IMG/VR virus record: IMGVR_UViG_2700988868_000001 | Location: 8,330-72,329 of that record | Direction: 5' to 3' (one strand) | DNA from: a virus | Lineage: Duplodnaviria > Caudoviricetes | Length of the DNA stretch: 64,000 nucleotides | Shown: positions 40,001 to 48,437 of the stretch, one piece after another | Layout of the letters: every line of letters starts with the position of its first letter | Numbering within the stretch: position 1 is the stretch's first letter | Position numbers and translations under genes: made by a program | The notes under the pieces: model-generated | Seen by the model: the letters and a program-made list of their open reading frames with translations, nothing else | Told to the model about the DNA's origin: nothing | Database searches by the model: none

Positions 40001-41319
40001 TCGCCACGCTTGACGAGAGCTTCACGAGCAGGGGCCGTTGCAGCACCCACGACATTACCCAGACCACGAGCCGTTGCCATAGTGGCACGACCGATGGGAG
40101 CGACAGTCTTGCCAGCAGCACCAGGAACCTGGACAGCACCAGCAGTACCCATACCGTACAGAGCACCCAGGCCACCTTGCTCACCAACACCTTCCAGAAG
40201 GTCCTGGTTCTTGTCCACCTTGGACTGCGTAGCGGTGTTCTGTGCCAGTTGACCAGTGGTGGATTGAATGCCTTCTTCAACCGTCTCACGGATCATGTTG
40301 CCAGCGATGGAGCCAACGGAACCAACACTGAACGGGGCCGATTCCAGACGGGCCACCAGAGGACCAGTTAGTGCACCGACAGGGGCTTGGATGGCAGCAG
40401 CAATCTGACCAGCCTGACCGGCCAAACGACGCTTGGCAGCTTCCGGAGTGAAGCCTTGATCCAGGAAGGAACGGTAGTCTTCCGAGGTCTTCATGAGTTC
40501 ATCATGGGACTTCTTCATCACTTCCGCAGCCGTCTGCTGGTAAGCACCACCGCCTTCCATCGCACCGATAGCCAGAGCAGCTTGGCCGCCAGCCGAAGAC
40601 ACACCCGTAGCAGCACCGGCCGCTTTCATCAGCGGACCAGCAGCCAACAGGGAGCCGACGCCTTGAGCGATACCGGAACCAAGCGTGGCAGGATCAGACG
40701 CACCAATGCTGACCGATGACAGAACGTCACGGCCAAAGCGTTCCAGACCAGCCAGGAACTTGGGAGTACCGGCTTCAACAGAGGCTTCTTGCTTCTGCTT
40801 GTTGTCACGACTGGCTTGAGCCAATTGAGCTTGTTGCACATCACGGCGAGCTTTCAGTGCCGGAGATTGAGTGCCTTGCGCCCATTCGTTCATGTCACCC
40901 AGTGCAGCAGCAATGGTGGCACCAACGTTGTTGTTGACCAGACCAGTACCCAGGGCAGCGATACCACCCACCGAGTTGGCCAAGCCAGTACCGATGTCAG
41001 TGACGGCATCGGCTGCACCTTGGGAGAAGGTACGGGGCTGCGATTGATCACCGATTAAACGCGAGTTTGCGTCACCACGACGCATGAGAGCGTCGAAGCC
41101 ATACTTGCGACCGTAGGATGCATCATCCATGGTCCGGAGGTCTTGCTCTTGCTGGGAAGCGGAGTCCATTCCGTAACCGGCCTGTTGGCCAGCCAATGCT
41201 TGGTACTCCATGCCCCCTGCGGCAGCTTTCTTCTGCTCAGTGGCAGCAGTCACATCCGAGCGCTTGGAATCGTGAATCGCATCTGCGAAACCCGCCAAGC
41301 GGTCAAAGATCGAAGACAT
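31042..41319 (-). CDS. Virion-encapsidated RNA polymerase (N4 gp50 vRNAP)
   Basis: 3425 aa with no Cys seen; T/DxxGR motif TRVGRMQ, motif A EADGVTNG, motif B RGIAKNPLTITIYG, motif C IFDG. Confidence 0.97.
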   Translation of the reverse strand: MSSIFDRLAGFADAIHDSKRSDVTAATEQKKAAAGGMEYQALAGQQAGYGMDSASQQEQDLRTMDDASYGRKYGFDALMRRGDANSRLIGDQSQPRTFSQGAADAVTDIGTGLANSVGGIAALGTGLVNNNVGATIAAALGDMNEWAQGTQSPALKARRDVQQAQLAQASRDNKQKQEASVEAGTPKFLAGLERFGRDVLSSVSIGASDPATLGSGIAQGVGSLLAAGPLMKAAGAATGVSSAGGQAALAIGAMEGGGAYQQTAAEVMKKSHDELMKTSEDYRSFLDQGFTPEAAKRRLAGQAGQIAAAIQAPVGALTGPLVARLESAPFSVGSVGSIAGNMIRETVEEGIQSTTGQLAQNTATQSKVDKNQDLLEGVGEQGGLGALYGMGTAGAVQVPGAAGKTVAPIGRATMATARGLGNVVGAATAPAREALVKRGEAVMAQNEKASPISEKVMTAANQEAVATAPVAEETLRAGVEATDATPEAKAEANQYITDLMAATRFDPTELSEGMTTDAVRTALDGATTRTEAFNRLADMVNQSEEGSMDHMSAALALHDMTNQVSQFIERSPAALDQLPADHEANAVLDQFSGLIGNLANTPKLVRAYRQISEMLADAQVAPVDEASLATPEGQQNVRVAVAQAEVAPEKANAEVIGQILKQANEGNISLSNPQRAALQSAAALLQGARDADAQAAKLGLRPQDVVSMQIKTDESRSGEGQQSALQHAKGIRSAYNAGNLDLAAARLDDFLKFSQHMQNKVGALNAHLATGNGDPNSSVKYQALTPSREWVQSKKGLGVNPQNAKSVQFAQQVALEAATVGQIANNLASAYPELQVSHVDVVPLDSRLDKPAAQVVKDFRQADSAVATPKEGAAPAKVKEEAPKTPVVEDAPTVTPEPAPVVEQVQEPVTEPVEVKREGIDAAFPDLVGSTDPKAEGVKNYFKQAFTLPAEAKTRTVGDESPMTTVRQALGSQERMDAFIGSNSSKHLDSDLVRAYKDVFSYGEGIATRLRSSLSKFLGEKNVGKRFAEGVEANRWAEGKLLNIVRPSDGSFVYDENLLQSAVLAGLQWQLTAVDRGSVKDAKDAKALTGLEEGEQPAGLVEALNSGLTLAEAANSLAQKIEAYWGFDRNRNAPLGYTRGIPLAMASEMLQALVAAGGVEVNRIYLSDTGVMLQDEKGATKTIDIYRPLKQDKDSIIRAFPTAIEEAVLVTPEEKTYFGDERPSVPRDQLRNPGTENTPEDRAALKNEINTPFKLHKPMVDFFMGLGQDQILELMGAGRINEDMLNVNHAISLDGQNRSLAAAFNHLEGLVAQVQNQAEDITSVPIHYGYNMTRVGRMQMLGKYNPQSTKLIREALLPTQSTLDLSSENGQDFSRFALGLAQALGIKVHNMPRQDATDKLMAALNGPMKPAVDMLKDWLGHSGDLPAGAVATLKQALGGDLSFVALHALVEYARYTNADAAARAKFETPIYVEADGVTNGPVNAMLLMSAGPFDTSFLKNAAKGGLFLQPGMTMNEYRSTVDGKDLYQASTDALAENLKTLQQSISREPGLTSQLGHLQSLMDLFLPDLSIDEAGNLELKRGIAKNPLTITIYGSGAKGIAGKMVSSVVDAIYERMSQAVQSVAEDPSITPALALFGQQADSVQHANEMMKRMSTALEALTSAAPVVRKERMTLESVDGYQERQGLDPKTFTLTADELNTMQQNMLHLFVNPMRDAIQSTIGSSLMESTKQLQKATQVQSLFLQEAFKDGVQAKLEEKAKDPTWKKGDFLTQAELDDVTKSLSKLSPRVTTGKQNFFIAGSQNSEVAGMDFARALDGKMRVPAQVYGPSDAGVSGIPVMTIGTGDGQMMQTIATMKGKPTGTLKIFDGMNLPLNQIENGAEKANQAVYESWMGNPLQAVSDSYQAFMKNADFTNMSEDLVNSLKRSLLEPKQWRDDVKPEVLKAAAEALGSRLAQSALEAEARHRALDRVNLSIDQMAAVGVPYQTTGKLDLSALTQDEQVSALNMMYQEELAKLQAPAPKSEQPKGQTEKLNPAFEAVGRVHAKSGARVLSVTAIKNLAKISTLSGEQAAVLNEIQKSLAAKEYKMILGTPEQVNLYAQLTGKQTLTSEDLAEAKKGNIDGWTTFDDKTMYMTRPSNETLIHEMVHAATFETVYDHYLGVDQGIKGTAVAQAVQRLEVLMDQFQKLDVSNQSPEFQDAHQQAMDAIQGFQQDGFIDPAVSKAGALNEFMAWGLSNRNLASVQKQTASNPLVRIAKEVIAGIKSLIWGRKVVPGVGDDMFSNLLFNSAIIMRAQPSIAKVSKDSTLFMSRAFGDNERLSQLKGAFDRMVVDHLNVAPVQKFEREGKLKLAITQAVALGRSVQANGFPMTAQEYGVFRNVTAALATEMAIDPHALARAQELYSHVTKTVKVEDFMADPAGNDPSDRYYAQMKFDVIMGNYLTTTDEQGRSSLLPTFLGLAMVHDDLRAVLAKMPVPKADRKLNNSLDNILTNTGSKAMESLNRRLAGDSKAATITEAIDALAETIAEANQESQSFYDAVATPTGNFVDRTNDIFVNGVSRLSDAAIDKANGILQNPTTGPAMKLAAQALKGVAAIATEKNGAAVSKGLMSQMNQGNKWKPFYDFVNDLVGRTSENADVYDMIKSVRSQVQQDRQQFREHLPTTIAEKFSRKLDDKEWSALHTGLGKTDIAALRQSMSMDEILTLFSDQKAVDAKINDLEQAIDKADPSHWHNIQLKAKQLAKYMVTGETGSNLLRNAEAVTRLLGVPGVFKRRAAPTASTINAVDQLISLYALEAMSKDQRDALSNLALNEAEGMDFSTAYMVGQRVDEMNKAALTPESRLNHYKGYIPTENQQGVQMIVAEDTRFAELEAMSYVRVADYRGSSADRFTGKRGYYFMPVNARTAFSQGIMQNVRSTAGGVDTTSGYTMNKMTAGRITDPTSVARISKALQNGERGTEMLMPVYREDGSVQAYERSVDPNQLQRLNTEDHFAKMVGVWRGRQMEEAKSQFFNDALVDKLHDMYKKDVAAGRGTEYVNVLGSKKDAVLADAIALMNQETRDRAEGLFGKGEFWVRKDMLNDAFGYRMASVGDAWTGNSRLTPETQDAIKKMALGVFGNKAYKYVMNTEQAVQGAVKTAKTLIVVKSVVIPVVNFLANIYQMVGRGVPIKTIMTGLPKKTAEIHSYVNSRLRQVEAEAELRAAEGNLTKTRKLQAEIQSITDAHKRMSIWPLIERGEFSSIADAGISRDDLLITDGKIHDFFDRLAEKLPKSVQNAGRYALITKDTALFQGIQKAVEYSDFIAKALIHDDMMKRQGRSKEDADSRVTEEFINYDRLPGRFRGYMESMGLLWFYNFKIRSAKVAMSMIRNNPVHALLAGMAPTPTMFGNVGLPIEDNIFSVLAEGKLGMSIGPAMGMRAPTLNPWHNLVW

Positions 41320-41366
41320 AGTCTTTCCTTTAAAGCAGGTATGTTTGTGGGGAGTTTACCACTCCC

Positions 41367-41398
41367 AAAAGAAAACGCCCACTCCGAAGAATGGGCGT
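41367..41398 (-). terminator. Terminator after the gp51-like gene
   Basis: Minus strand ACGCCCATTC-TTCG-GAGTGGGCGT followed by TTTCTTTT. Confidence 0.75.
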
Positions 41399-41417
41399 CG
41401 AAGGAGCTAGGTCGATT

Positions 41418-43469
41418 CTAGTCGATCCAGCGCAGATCGGAGGGTGTCGGATTGATACCAGGAACCAAGTTCAGGGAGTTGTAGTCCACTGCCGGTTGAG
41501 ACCGGGAAGCAGACTGGGCAACCGTACCCGTCTTCTTGGGAGCTTCCTGCACTGCCCGTTGAGCTGCCAGCTCGTTGACGGAGCCGGTCAGTTGATCAGT
41601 CAGAGCATCCTGGCGTGCTTGTGCCATAGCCACCCGTTGACGCAGACGGGGGATCGTAGCAGCAACCTTCGGGTTGTTGGGAGCAACAGCCATTGCCTGG
41701 GCCAATTCAGCCGACGCATCCGATGCAGCCTTTTGGGCCGACTGGATTTGCGAAGCCAAGTTGGCACGGTAGTTGGCAGAGGCTACACGTTCTTCCGAAC
41801 GACCATTGGCGTACTCGTTCTGGATGATCTGACGGACGCGATCCGCATTGATGCCGACACCGGTATTCGGGTCATTGTCACGAGGACCGCCGCCAATCGA
41901 GGAACCAAGTGCATCCCAAGCACGACCAGCCCAAGAAGTACGACCAGAGCCGACGGACTGGGCCATGGCCTGTAGTGCAACGGCAGGAGGCACCTCCACC
42001 CCCAGGTCACGACCGATGGACTGTGCACGTTCCATTTGCAGGGAAACCCAGGCAGGGTCAGCACCTTCAAATGTACCGCCCTTATCACGAGCAGCCTTCA
42101 GCAGATCACCCGTGGAGCGCTTATCCAGGATGGCCGTGTCGAAGTTGTTCGACAAGGAGTTCACCGCTTCCTGACTGGCACGGTTCTGTACCGAACGGGA
42201 AGCGATATCGGCAAAGCCGGTATTCTCCGCAGCCGGACGCAGTTCCACACCGTTGTCAGTGGCAGAGACTTCACCACCAGCGATTTCCTTGCGGGCTTCG
42301 CTCCAGGGAACATCCTTGTAGGCACCGACCTTGCTGTTGTTCAACGCAGCCCAGGTCTTGGTGAGATCACCACCCTTGCGGTCGTTGTACAGAGCCTCAG
42401 CCAGCTTCTCCTGGTTCTCAGGAGACATGGGCTGATCTTTCCAGTTCTCGCCCAGCACCTTGGGACCATACTGTTCCAGGGTAGCCTTGTTGATTTGGTA
42501 ACGACCAACAGGGGAGTTCTTCAGATTGGGATCAGCGATCATGCCAGCTTGGTGCGTCAGTACATCACCAATGGGCATCTCCGTGATGGGCCGTTCCGTA
42601 GGTGTGAACTTGTAGGTTGCGTCATAGGACGAGCCTTGACGAGTACCAGCAGTTCCCGGAGCCGAAGGGGTGAATCCACCAGAGGATTGGGGAGCAGCAC
42701 CACCGCCCATACCAAGACCCAAAGACGAACCAATGATGCGCTGTACGGCAGCAGGCAAGGCATCAAAACCAGCAGCCAGATTCTCCTGCACACCACGTTC
42801 CGAGACAGCACCCTGACGGGCATTGATCATGTAGTCCTGTGCCATAGCCTTCGCAGCATCATCGCTCATGGTCTTGCCCAGTTGGTACTGGCTGGACATG
42901 TTGCTGGTCTGGCGTCCTTGGTTCGACAGGGTGGAACCTTGGATGCCTTGAGCACCCTTCGTCGCATCAACCAGTTGATCCGCCCGCAGGCCGGATGCTT
43001 CAGCAGCCTGATACGCGGCAGCAATGGCACGGGGATCGCCCGACAGAGCAGCCGTGTTCAGATTGCGGAGAGCACGATCAGCACCAGCAGCACGGGTATC
43101 CGTGTCCTGCTGTCGAGCGAAGTCATATTGGCCTTTGGCCGTGGAGAGTTGTTGGCCTGCCTGCCGTACCAGGTCACCTTGACGGGAACCAAGTGCAGCA
43201 AGGGTTTCCGGGGAAAGCTGAGAAACGTCAACATTGCCGAGCAGTGAGCCATCTTGCAGAGAACGCTGATACGTTTCGAGATCAGTGATCTGCAACGCTC
43301 GCTGCATAACATCATTACCAGCTTGCTGTCGGCCAGCTTCCTGGAAATTAGACAAGGAGCGAGACAGGTTATCCGTAGCCCCGCCAAGCAACGCACCGAA
43401 CGTACGAATACCGTCCAGTGCTCCAGAGAAAGAAGGGGCGTCTACATTACGCCATGTGATTTGTGCCAT
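41418..43469 (-). CDS. Ejection / internal virion protein with lysozyme-like domain (N4 gp51-like)
   Basis: MAQITWRNVDAP start; SPVGRYQINKATL...MSPENQEKLAEAL muramidase-like segment; adjacent to vRNAP. Confidence 0.8.
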   Translation of the reverse strand: MAQITWRNVDAPSFSGALDGIRTFGALLGGATDNLSRSLSNFQEAGRQQAGNDVMQRALQITDLETYQRSLQDGSLLGNVDVSQLSPETLAALGSRQGDLVRQAGQQLSTAKGQYDFARQQDTDTRAAGADRALRNLNTAALSGDPRAIAAAYQAAEASGLRADQLVDATKGAQGIQGSTLSNQGRQTSNMSSQYQLGKTMSDDAAKAMAQDYMINARQGAVSERGVQENLAAGFDALPAAVQRIIGSSLGLGMGGGAAPQSSGGFTPSAPGTAGTRQGSSYDATYKFTPTERPITEMPIGDVLTHQAGMIADPNLKNSPVGRYQINKATLEQYGPKVLGENWKDQPMSPENQEKLAEALYNDRKGGDLTKTWAALNNSKVGAYKDVPWSEARKEIAGGEVSATDNGVELRPAAENTGFADIASRSVQNRASQEAVNSLSNNFDTAILDKRSTGDLLKAARDKGGTFEGADPAWVSLQMERAQSIGRDLGVEVPPAVALQAMAQSVGSGRTSWAGRAWDALGSSIGGGPRDNDPNTGVGINADRVRQIIQNEYANGRSEERVASANYRANLASQIQSAQKAASDASAELAQAMAVAPNNPKVAATIPRLRQRVAMAQARQDALTDQLTGSVNELAAQRAVQEAPKKTGTVAQSASRSQPAVDYNSLNLVPGINPTPSDLRWID

Positions 43470-43480
43470 AGGACCTCCGC

Positions 43481-44005
43481 TTATCGAGTGAGACGATTAC
43501 GGTTCACGTAATCATCAGCCGATGCTTGATCTCGCCCTTCCATAGCAGCACGGCTGCGAGAGCGATCCTCTAGTGCCGTGTTGTACGACTTGATCTGATT
43601 ATTCAGGTTGGTATTGGTGACGTCCTTGGAGAAATTGAACTGGTCCCGTGCCAACCGATTGGCTTGGGTTGCCCCGTACAGTCCACCAAGGGAAGACAGC
43701 ATGCCAAGTCCCAGTTGCAGAGTGGGGATGTTCATCCCCAGACCACCAAAGATTCCACCTCCCGGGCCTGAACCATTAGTGCCAATAGGAATTGAGCCAC
43801 CCCCGCCAATACCCATAAGGGAACCAAGGGGAGAGGGGCTGTTGCCTGCGAGGTTCAGGCCGGTGCTACCACCACCCATACCACCAAACATGCTGGCACC
43901 TTGAGTGGAGTAGTTAGAAAGGGAACCCAGGCCTCCTATGTCATTCCCATTACCGAATTGGTAAGTGGGGATGGTAAGTCCTGTCCCAGCAAAAGAAGTA
44001 GCCAT
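43481..44005 (-). CDS. Small ejection protein (N4 gp52-like)
   Basis: Gly-rich; [10 protein letters not shown]...[16 protein letters not shown]. Confidence 0.8.
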   Translation of the reverse strand: MATSFAGTGLTIPTYQFGNGNDIGGLGSLSNYSTQGASMFGGMGGGSTGLNLAGNSPSPLGSLMGIGGGGSIPIGTNGSGPGGGIFGGLGMNIPTLQLGLGMLSSLGGLYGATQANRLARDQFNFSKDVTNTNLNNQIKSYNTALEDRSRSRAAMEGRDQASADDYVNRNRLTR

Positions 44006-44014
44006 GAGTGGCTC

Positions 44015-46687
44015 CTATACAAAGTCTAGTTGAAGATTAGCATCCGTGAAGTTGGTAATCATCTTCATGGACATGTCGGCAATGTCACTGCCTGTCATCA
44101 GTGTACGAGCCAAGAAGGTATCTCGTGGTTCCGAAGCAAGAGCAAACGCGTCTGTAAAGCCTAGAGGATTGACCGTGCCTTGGTTATACCCAAATTCCAA
44201 CTCGTACTGACGCTGTAGACTAGTCATCTCTTCATTGTACGCTTGCATCATACTTTCCGTTTTACGGAGAAGTTCCTGTGTGCTGTTATTGATGTACTGG
44301 GACACCGCATTGCCCATGGTGGAAGTCAGCCGCAGCAGGTTATCTGCCCGCATCATCTGGCCCATCATGGTAGACATAGACTGCCCATTGGACAATGCCG
44401 TACCTACCTGCATAGCCATCATTCCTGCAATGGTTCCAATGATCAGTCCAAGTTTGTCACCAAATAGCATGGTAGCGCCCTTCTGAATGACGGACATAAG
44501 AACCATGGCAGCAATAGCGTTTGCTATTGCACCAACCAGTGCAGCAGCTGCCGTACCTGCAGCAAAGCCCAAAGCGGCACCCACAGCTGCATTGGAACCG
44601 AGAAGACCACCACCGGCACCAGCAGCCGGGGGGAACATAACAGACACGACAACGATCACCACAACCAGAACCACCTGGAACACACTGGTCTGATACCACT
44701 TCTGCTTGACTTCCTGATAGCAATTCAACACCAAGTAGTTCGATGCAGTACACAACTGGGTACTTCGGACCAGGGGCATGCTGCGGAGAATGGTGTTGTG
44801 TAAAGGAAGCACAAAGCCAGATTCTTCAGCATCGTTCAAAGCATCGATAGTGGTGATCTCTACGAACTTGCCCTTATAAACACGATTTTTGTGGACACCC
44901 CCAATGATGTTGATAACACGCCATTCATTGGCAGAGCGTTGCCAAATCATGGAGACATTGTCTACCTTGTAGGAGGCCGCATACAGTTTCAGCATCCCAC
45001 TGTCGTCCACCTCTTTACGGGTAAACGGGAAGGACTCAGTGCCATTGTTAATAAATCGCAGCTCTCCTGGCTTGGCTCCAGGCCATGCCTTTCCTGTGTT
45101 GATAGTGCCCTCCAAATATGACCATTTGATCTCCATGTCATATTCCATTTCCGTAGTGGATCGGATACGGAAAGACTTGGTAGGCTCAACCGGATAGTTG
45201 GGCATAGGTGGTTCTGGGTCCCCAAACGTAGGGCCGTTGTGTTGTTGATCGTTGTACCACTGGATCCATGCCACCTCCTTTTGTACCTCTTCATTAAACG
45301 CCGCTTTCCAATGCTGGAAAGTGGGGAACGACGGGCTAGGCGGATAACTGATCATCATCTGTTGAAAGAATCGGAATATGTATTCCTTAGCTGTGTTTTC
45401 CGGAGAATTGAATGAAGCACCGAATACGGTGTAGATAAACTGGATATTATCAATGTCATCATTGTCTTTCAGGCTCTTTACCACCTTGCTCAACTTGCCG
45501 CCCGTTGCCTTACGGAATGCTTTGGTAGTGAGAGTATTTAGGGAACCAGTAACCCAATCCCCATCTAGTCGAATGGGGATATACGGGTAGAACTTATCCC
45601 CACTGTCTTCGTTATTGAACAGCGAGTCGAGTACGGAGTTACCGCTACCACGACGGTAGATCATTATTCGAAGCTTGCCGCCCAGATACCTACGGAATTC
45701 CGTATTGCTAATCCGATAGCTACGAAGCATCGTCTGTACTTGCTTAGTAGTAGTGATGGTGGTGTCAATGGTCACACCCCCGACAGTTTCAGAGCTGGTC
45801 TCCACAGAGACTTCATCCTCAATGGGACCAAGAACCTGATAGAAGAACATATCGTAGTCACGATAGCGAATACTCCCGGCATCGCCAGAAACACCAAGTG
45901 TCTCTGTACGACCCCATCGAGATTGGTGATCAATAACAACTTCATCCCGGGGAGTCACTACAGTAGTAGTCTCATCAGGGCGACCATCACTGAATTCTTT
46001 CTTGGTGACTACAGTGGTGGACAGGTGAACATCTATAGGGGCATCCGTGGTGGATTCGTGGGACCATCCCGTAGTAGACGGAAACGGTTCCCCCGGCAGC
46101 AATGGGATATTGGAACCGGGATTGGTAGACAGGATTTCAGGTTCCGGACGAACGGAATACGGGATGTATAGATACTGCTCCGTGTGGTCGAAACCAACAG
46201 GAGTAAACCTAATGGGTGGACGGCCGGTGATCTCCACTTGAATACGGCCATCGTCTAGCATGTCTGATTTCCAGGTACCGGATACGGAACCAGGGAAGTT
46301 TTCCAGGACATACTGATCCGCCCAGAATGAGAAGTCAGCAAAGCCGATCTCTGCGTTCTGGATGATCACCTCCTCGTGGTTCCCATGGGGAATCTGAGAA
46401 GCAATGGCATCGTTGTCGATAACGCCAGTGGTGGTGATGTCACCATAGGCGATGCCTACTGTTGGCTCGTAGTTGGTACGCGCCCAGTAGGAGAAATTAC
46501 GCATACGAATACCCGGTCCGTTCAAGTACGAACGGGGGATGAGTTCCCCAGCTGAGTACTGATTGGACGAAAGAACCGCCCCGATTACACTGGTCTTCAG
46601 GTAATCAGGGCGTTCTTTAATGTCCCCGGCCAAGTTATAGACCGAGGACGATACGAGTATCTTAGTGGATCCACTAAAGATTCCCAT
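44015..46687 (-). CDS. Virion protein with C-terminal hydrophobic segments (N4 gp53-like)
   Basis: MGIFSG...VSSSVYNLAGD; KQKWYQT followed by hydrophobic helices; synteny. Confidence 0.8.
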   Translation of the reverse strand: MGIFSGSTKILVSSSVYNLAGDIKERPDYLKTSVIGAVLSSNQYSAGELIPRSYLNGPGIRMRNFSYWARTNYEPTVGIAYGDITTTGVIDNDAIASQIPHGNHEEVIIQNAEIGFADFSFWADQYVLENFPGSVSGTWKSDMLDDGRIQVEITGRPPIRFTPVGFDHTEQYLYIPYSVRPEPEILSTNPGSNIPLLPGEPFPSTTGWSHESTTDAPIDVHLSTTVVTKKEFSDGRPDETTTVVTPRDEVVIDHQSRWGRTETLGVSGDAGSIRYRDYDMFFYQVLGPIEDEVSVETSSETVGGVTIDTTITTTKQVQTMLRSYRISNTEFRRYLGGKLRIMIYRRGSGNSVLDSLFNNEDSGDKFYPYIPIRLDGDWVTGSLNTLTTKAFRKATGGKLSKVVKSLKDNDDIDNIQFIYTVFGASFNSPENTAKEYIFRFFQQMMISYPPSPSFPTFQHWKAAFNEEVQKEVAWIQWYNDQQHNGPTFGDPEPPMPNYPVEPTKSFRIRSTTEMEYDMEIKWSYLEGTINTGKAWPGAKPGELRFINNGTESFPFTRKEVDDSGMLKLYAASYKVDNVSMIWQRSANEWRVINIIGGVHKNRVYKGKFVEITTIDALNDAEESGFVLPLHNTILRSMPLVRSTQLCTASNYLVLNCYQEVKQKWYQTSVFQVVLVVVIVVVSVMFPPAAGAGGGLLGSNAAVGAALGFAAGTAAAALVGAIANAIAAMVLMSVIQKGATMLFGDKLGLIIGTIAGMMAMQVGTALSNGQSMSTMMGQMMRADNLLRLTSTMGNAVSQYINNSTQELLRKTESMMQAYNEEMTSLQRQYELEFGYNQGTVNPLGFTDAFALASEPRDTFLARTLMTGSDIADMSMKMITNFTDANLQLDFV

Positions 46688-46690
46688 TAC

Positions 46691-47590
46691 TTACCCCAAT
46701 TCGTTATTCAACTTGATGGTTTTCAAGACACCATCCAGAGAAGCATTCTCGAAGCTGGGCGGAGGCAGCAAGCCTTCGTCAATGGTCTTCATCGTGATCC
46801 AGGCATCAGTAAACATCTTGGCTGCCTTGACCTCAGCATCACGCTGATAGCTGGTGATCTGTTGATCATAGAGCTGCTTCTGCTTACCCGTCAGACCAGT
46901 TACCGGGAGGCCGTCAGTACGGGTATCCGTAGTCTGAGCACGTTGGCTTTCGGCCTGTTCAGAAACCATTTTGTTCTGACTGGTAGTCAACTTGGTAGTC
47001 TCAATAGCATTGGCCGTCTGCTCCTTCAACAGAAGGAGTTGCTGAGGCAACATGTTATCAAGCGTGAACAAACCAGTGCAGTACGTCACGGATTCGGTAG
47101 ACAGACGCAGCTTGGTCAAGCCGTAGTTAGCTTTAGCAGTGAGCGCATCGAACTTCATGTTCACGAACTGAGCCTTGGCAATTGCCAGTGCAGCGCGTTG
47201 GTTCAAGATTTGCATCTGAGCCAGGGCAGCTTGGTAGTACGCAGTATCACGTTGAACCAAAAACTGGGTGGCATTGGACATGGCAGCTGTAGTGAGTTCT
47301 ATGTACGCACGAACATACTCAGCACCGGAAATACGGTTCTTCTTATACTGCTCATCCAGGTGATTACTGACCGACTTCATCAAGTAGTCAAAGGTGCCCG
47401 TACCATCAGGTACCCGAGTAGTCAGATCGTCATTGGTCAGACGAGGCACGATAGTAAGTGCCGGGTTGTTTTCACCCCCCGGCAAATCCCACCCAGGACC
47501 GGACATATCAATGTTCGGCACTTCAGTATCTTCTCCCTGCAACAGTGCAGCAAGTAGGGCATTGGCTTCGAGTTCAGCACCGCAAGACAT
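46691..47590 (-). CDS. Virion structural / tail protein (N4 gp54-like)
   Basis: [41 protein letters not shown]. Confidence 0.8.
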   Translation of the reverse strand: MSCGAELEANALLAALLQGEDTEVPNIDMSGPGWDLPGGENNPALTIVPRLTNDDLTTRVPDGTGTFDYLMKSVSNHLDEQYKKNRISGAEYVRAYIELTTAAMSNATQFLVQRDTAYYQAALAQMQILNQRAALAIAKAQFVNMKFDALTAKANYGLTKLRLSTESVTYCTGLFTLDNMLPQQLLLLKEQTANAIETTKLTTSQNKMVSEQAESQRAQTTDTRTDGLPVTGLTGKQKQLYDQQITSYQRDAEVKAAKMFTDAWITMKTIDEGLLPPPSFENASLDGVLKTIKLNNELG

Positions 47591-47619
47591 AGCGTGCTCC
47601 TGTGTTCTTGGTTCAAATA

Positions 47620-47647
47620 GAAACGGCCCACAGAATCTGTGAGCCGT
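47620..47647 (-). terminator. Terminator
   Basis: Minus strand ACGGCTCACAG-ATT-CTGTGGGCCGT followed by TTCT. Confidence 0.65.
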
Positions 47648-47668
47648 GGATAGGGTAGAGCTTAACCC

Positions 47669-48367
47669 TTAGTCGTTCGCAAGGCTACCGGCAGCGATCT
47701 GCGCCTGGGCCAGACGTTCGATTTCTTCTTCCGTCAGGGGCGGCAGAATCTCCAGGGAGAATTCACGCGCCCAACGGGTATCGACCTTCGGCGTACCGTT
47801 CTTGCCCTTCGAGGTACGAATCGACAGGAACATGCGGTCCTTCAGCATCTGGTAGATGCACCACGGCACATGGTAGCCCTCGTCGGACGTTTCGTCGTAG
47901 GGGATGTACTTGCGAACCGTGCCGATGTATTCGTTGGCGACGGTGAACACTTCACCCGGCAGGTCTTTCTTCTTGTCATCCAGGTTCTGGATGCGCAGAC
48001 GAACCAGCTTCATCTGTTCTTCCACCAGGATTTGGCGGAGGGTCTTGGGCTTGGCCGTCGGCTTCTCGGGAGCGGCTTCGCCTTGAGCCAAGGGATTCAC
48101 CTTGAGGGCGGCGTCGGCTTCCGGTGCCGAAGCGGTGGCAGCAGCGGAATCTTGGGCGGCTTGATGGTCTTCCAGCTTCTTGCGCAGCGTATCCAGGCCG
48201 ATGTTGTTGGACACGTTCAGGCCCATCAGTTTGGCACGTTGCAGCAGGACGGTCTTTTCGTCGGGCATTTGCAGGTCGGTGGCCGTGCCTTCGTTGCTCG
48301 GGCTGACGGCGGCAGGAGTTGCCGTTTCGTCTTGGCTCGGAGTCGTTTTCAGGTCATTGATGCTCAT
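47669..48367 (-). CDS. Conserved virion-region protein (N4 gp55-like)
   Basis: LLQRAKLMGL...NNIGLDTLRKK; KLVRLRIQNLD..KKDLPGEVFTVAN. Confidence 0.8.
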   Translation of the reverse strand: MSINDLKTTPSQDETATPAAVSPSNEGTATDLQMPDEKTVLLQRAKLMGLNVSNNIGLDTLRKKLEDHQAAQDSAAATASAPEADAALKVNPLAQGEAAPEKPTAKPKTLRQILVEEQMKLVRLRIQNLDDKKKDLPGEVFTVANEYIGTVRKYIPYDETSDEGYHVPWCIYQMLKDRMFLSIRTSKGKNGTPKVDTRWAREFSLEILPPLTEEEIERLAQAQIAAGSLAND

Positions 48368-48391
48368 GGTAGTTCCAGAGATGTAGATAGA

Positions 48392-48418
48392 GAAATGGGA
48401 AGGGGTTTCCCCCTTCCC
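48392..48418 (-). terminator. Terminator after the major capsid gene
   Basis: Minus strand GGGAAGGGG-GAAA-CCCCTTCCC followed by ATTTCT. Confidence 0.75.
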
Positions 48419-48437
48419 TTGGTTCAGACCGTACCGA

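Noticed and set aside
31024-40371. Long + strand ORFs (805, 820, 504, 419 and 357 aa) opposite the vRNAP gene
   Set aside because: These are antisense shadows produced by strong codon bias; they have no RBS or motifs. The same applies to the long antisense ORFs opposite the ATPase, rIIA, helicase, primase and capsid genes.
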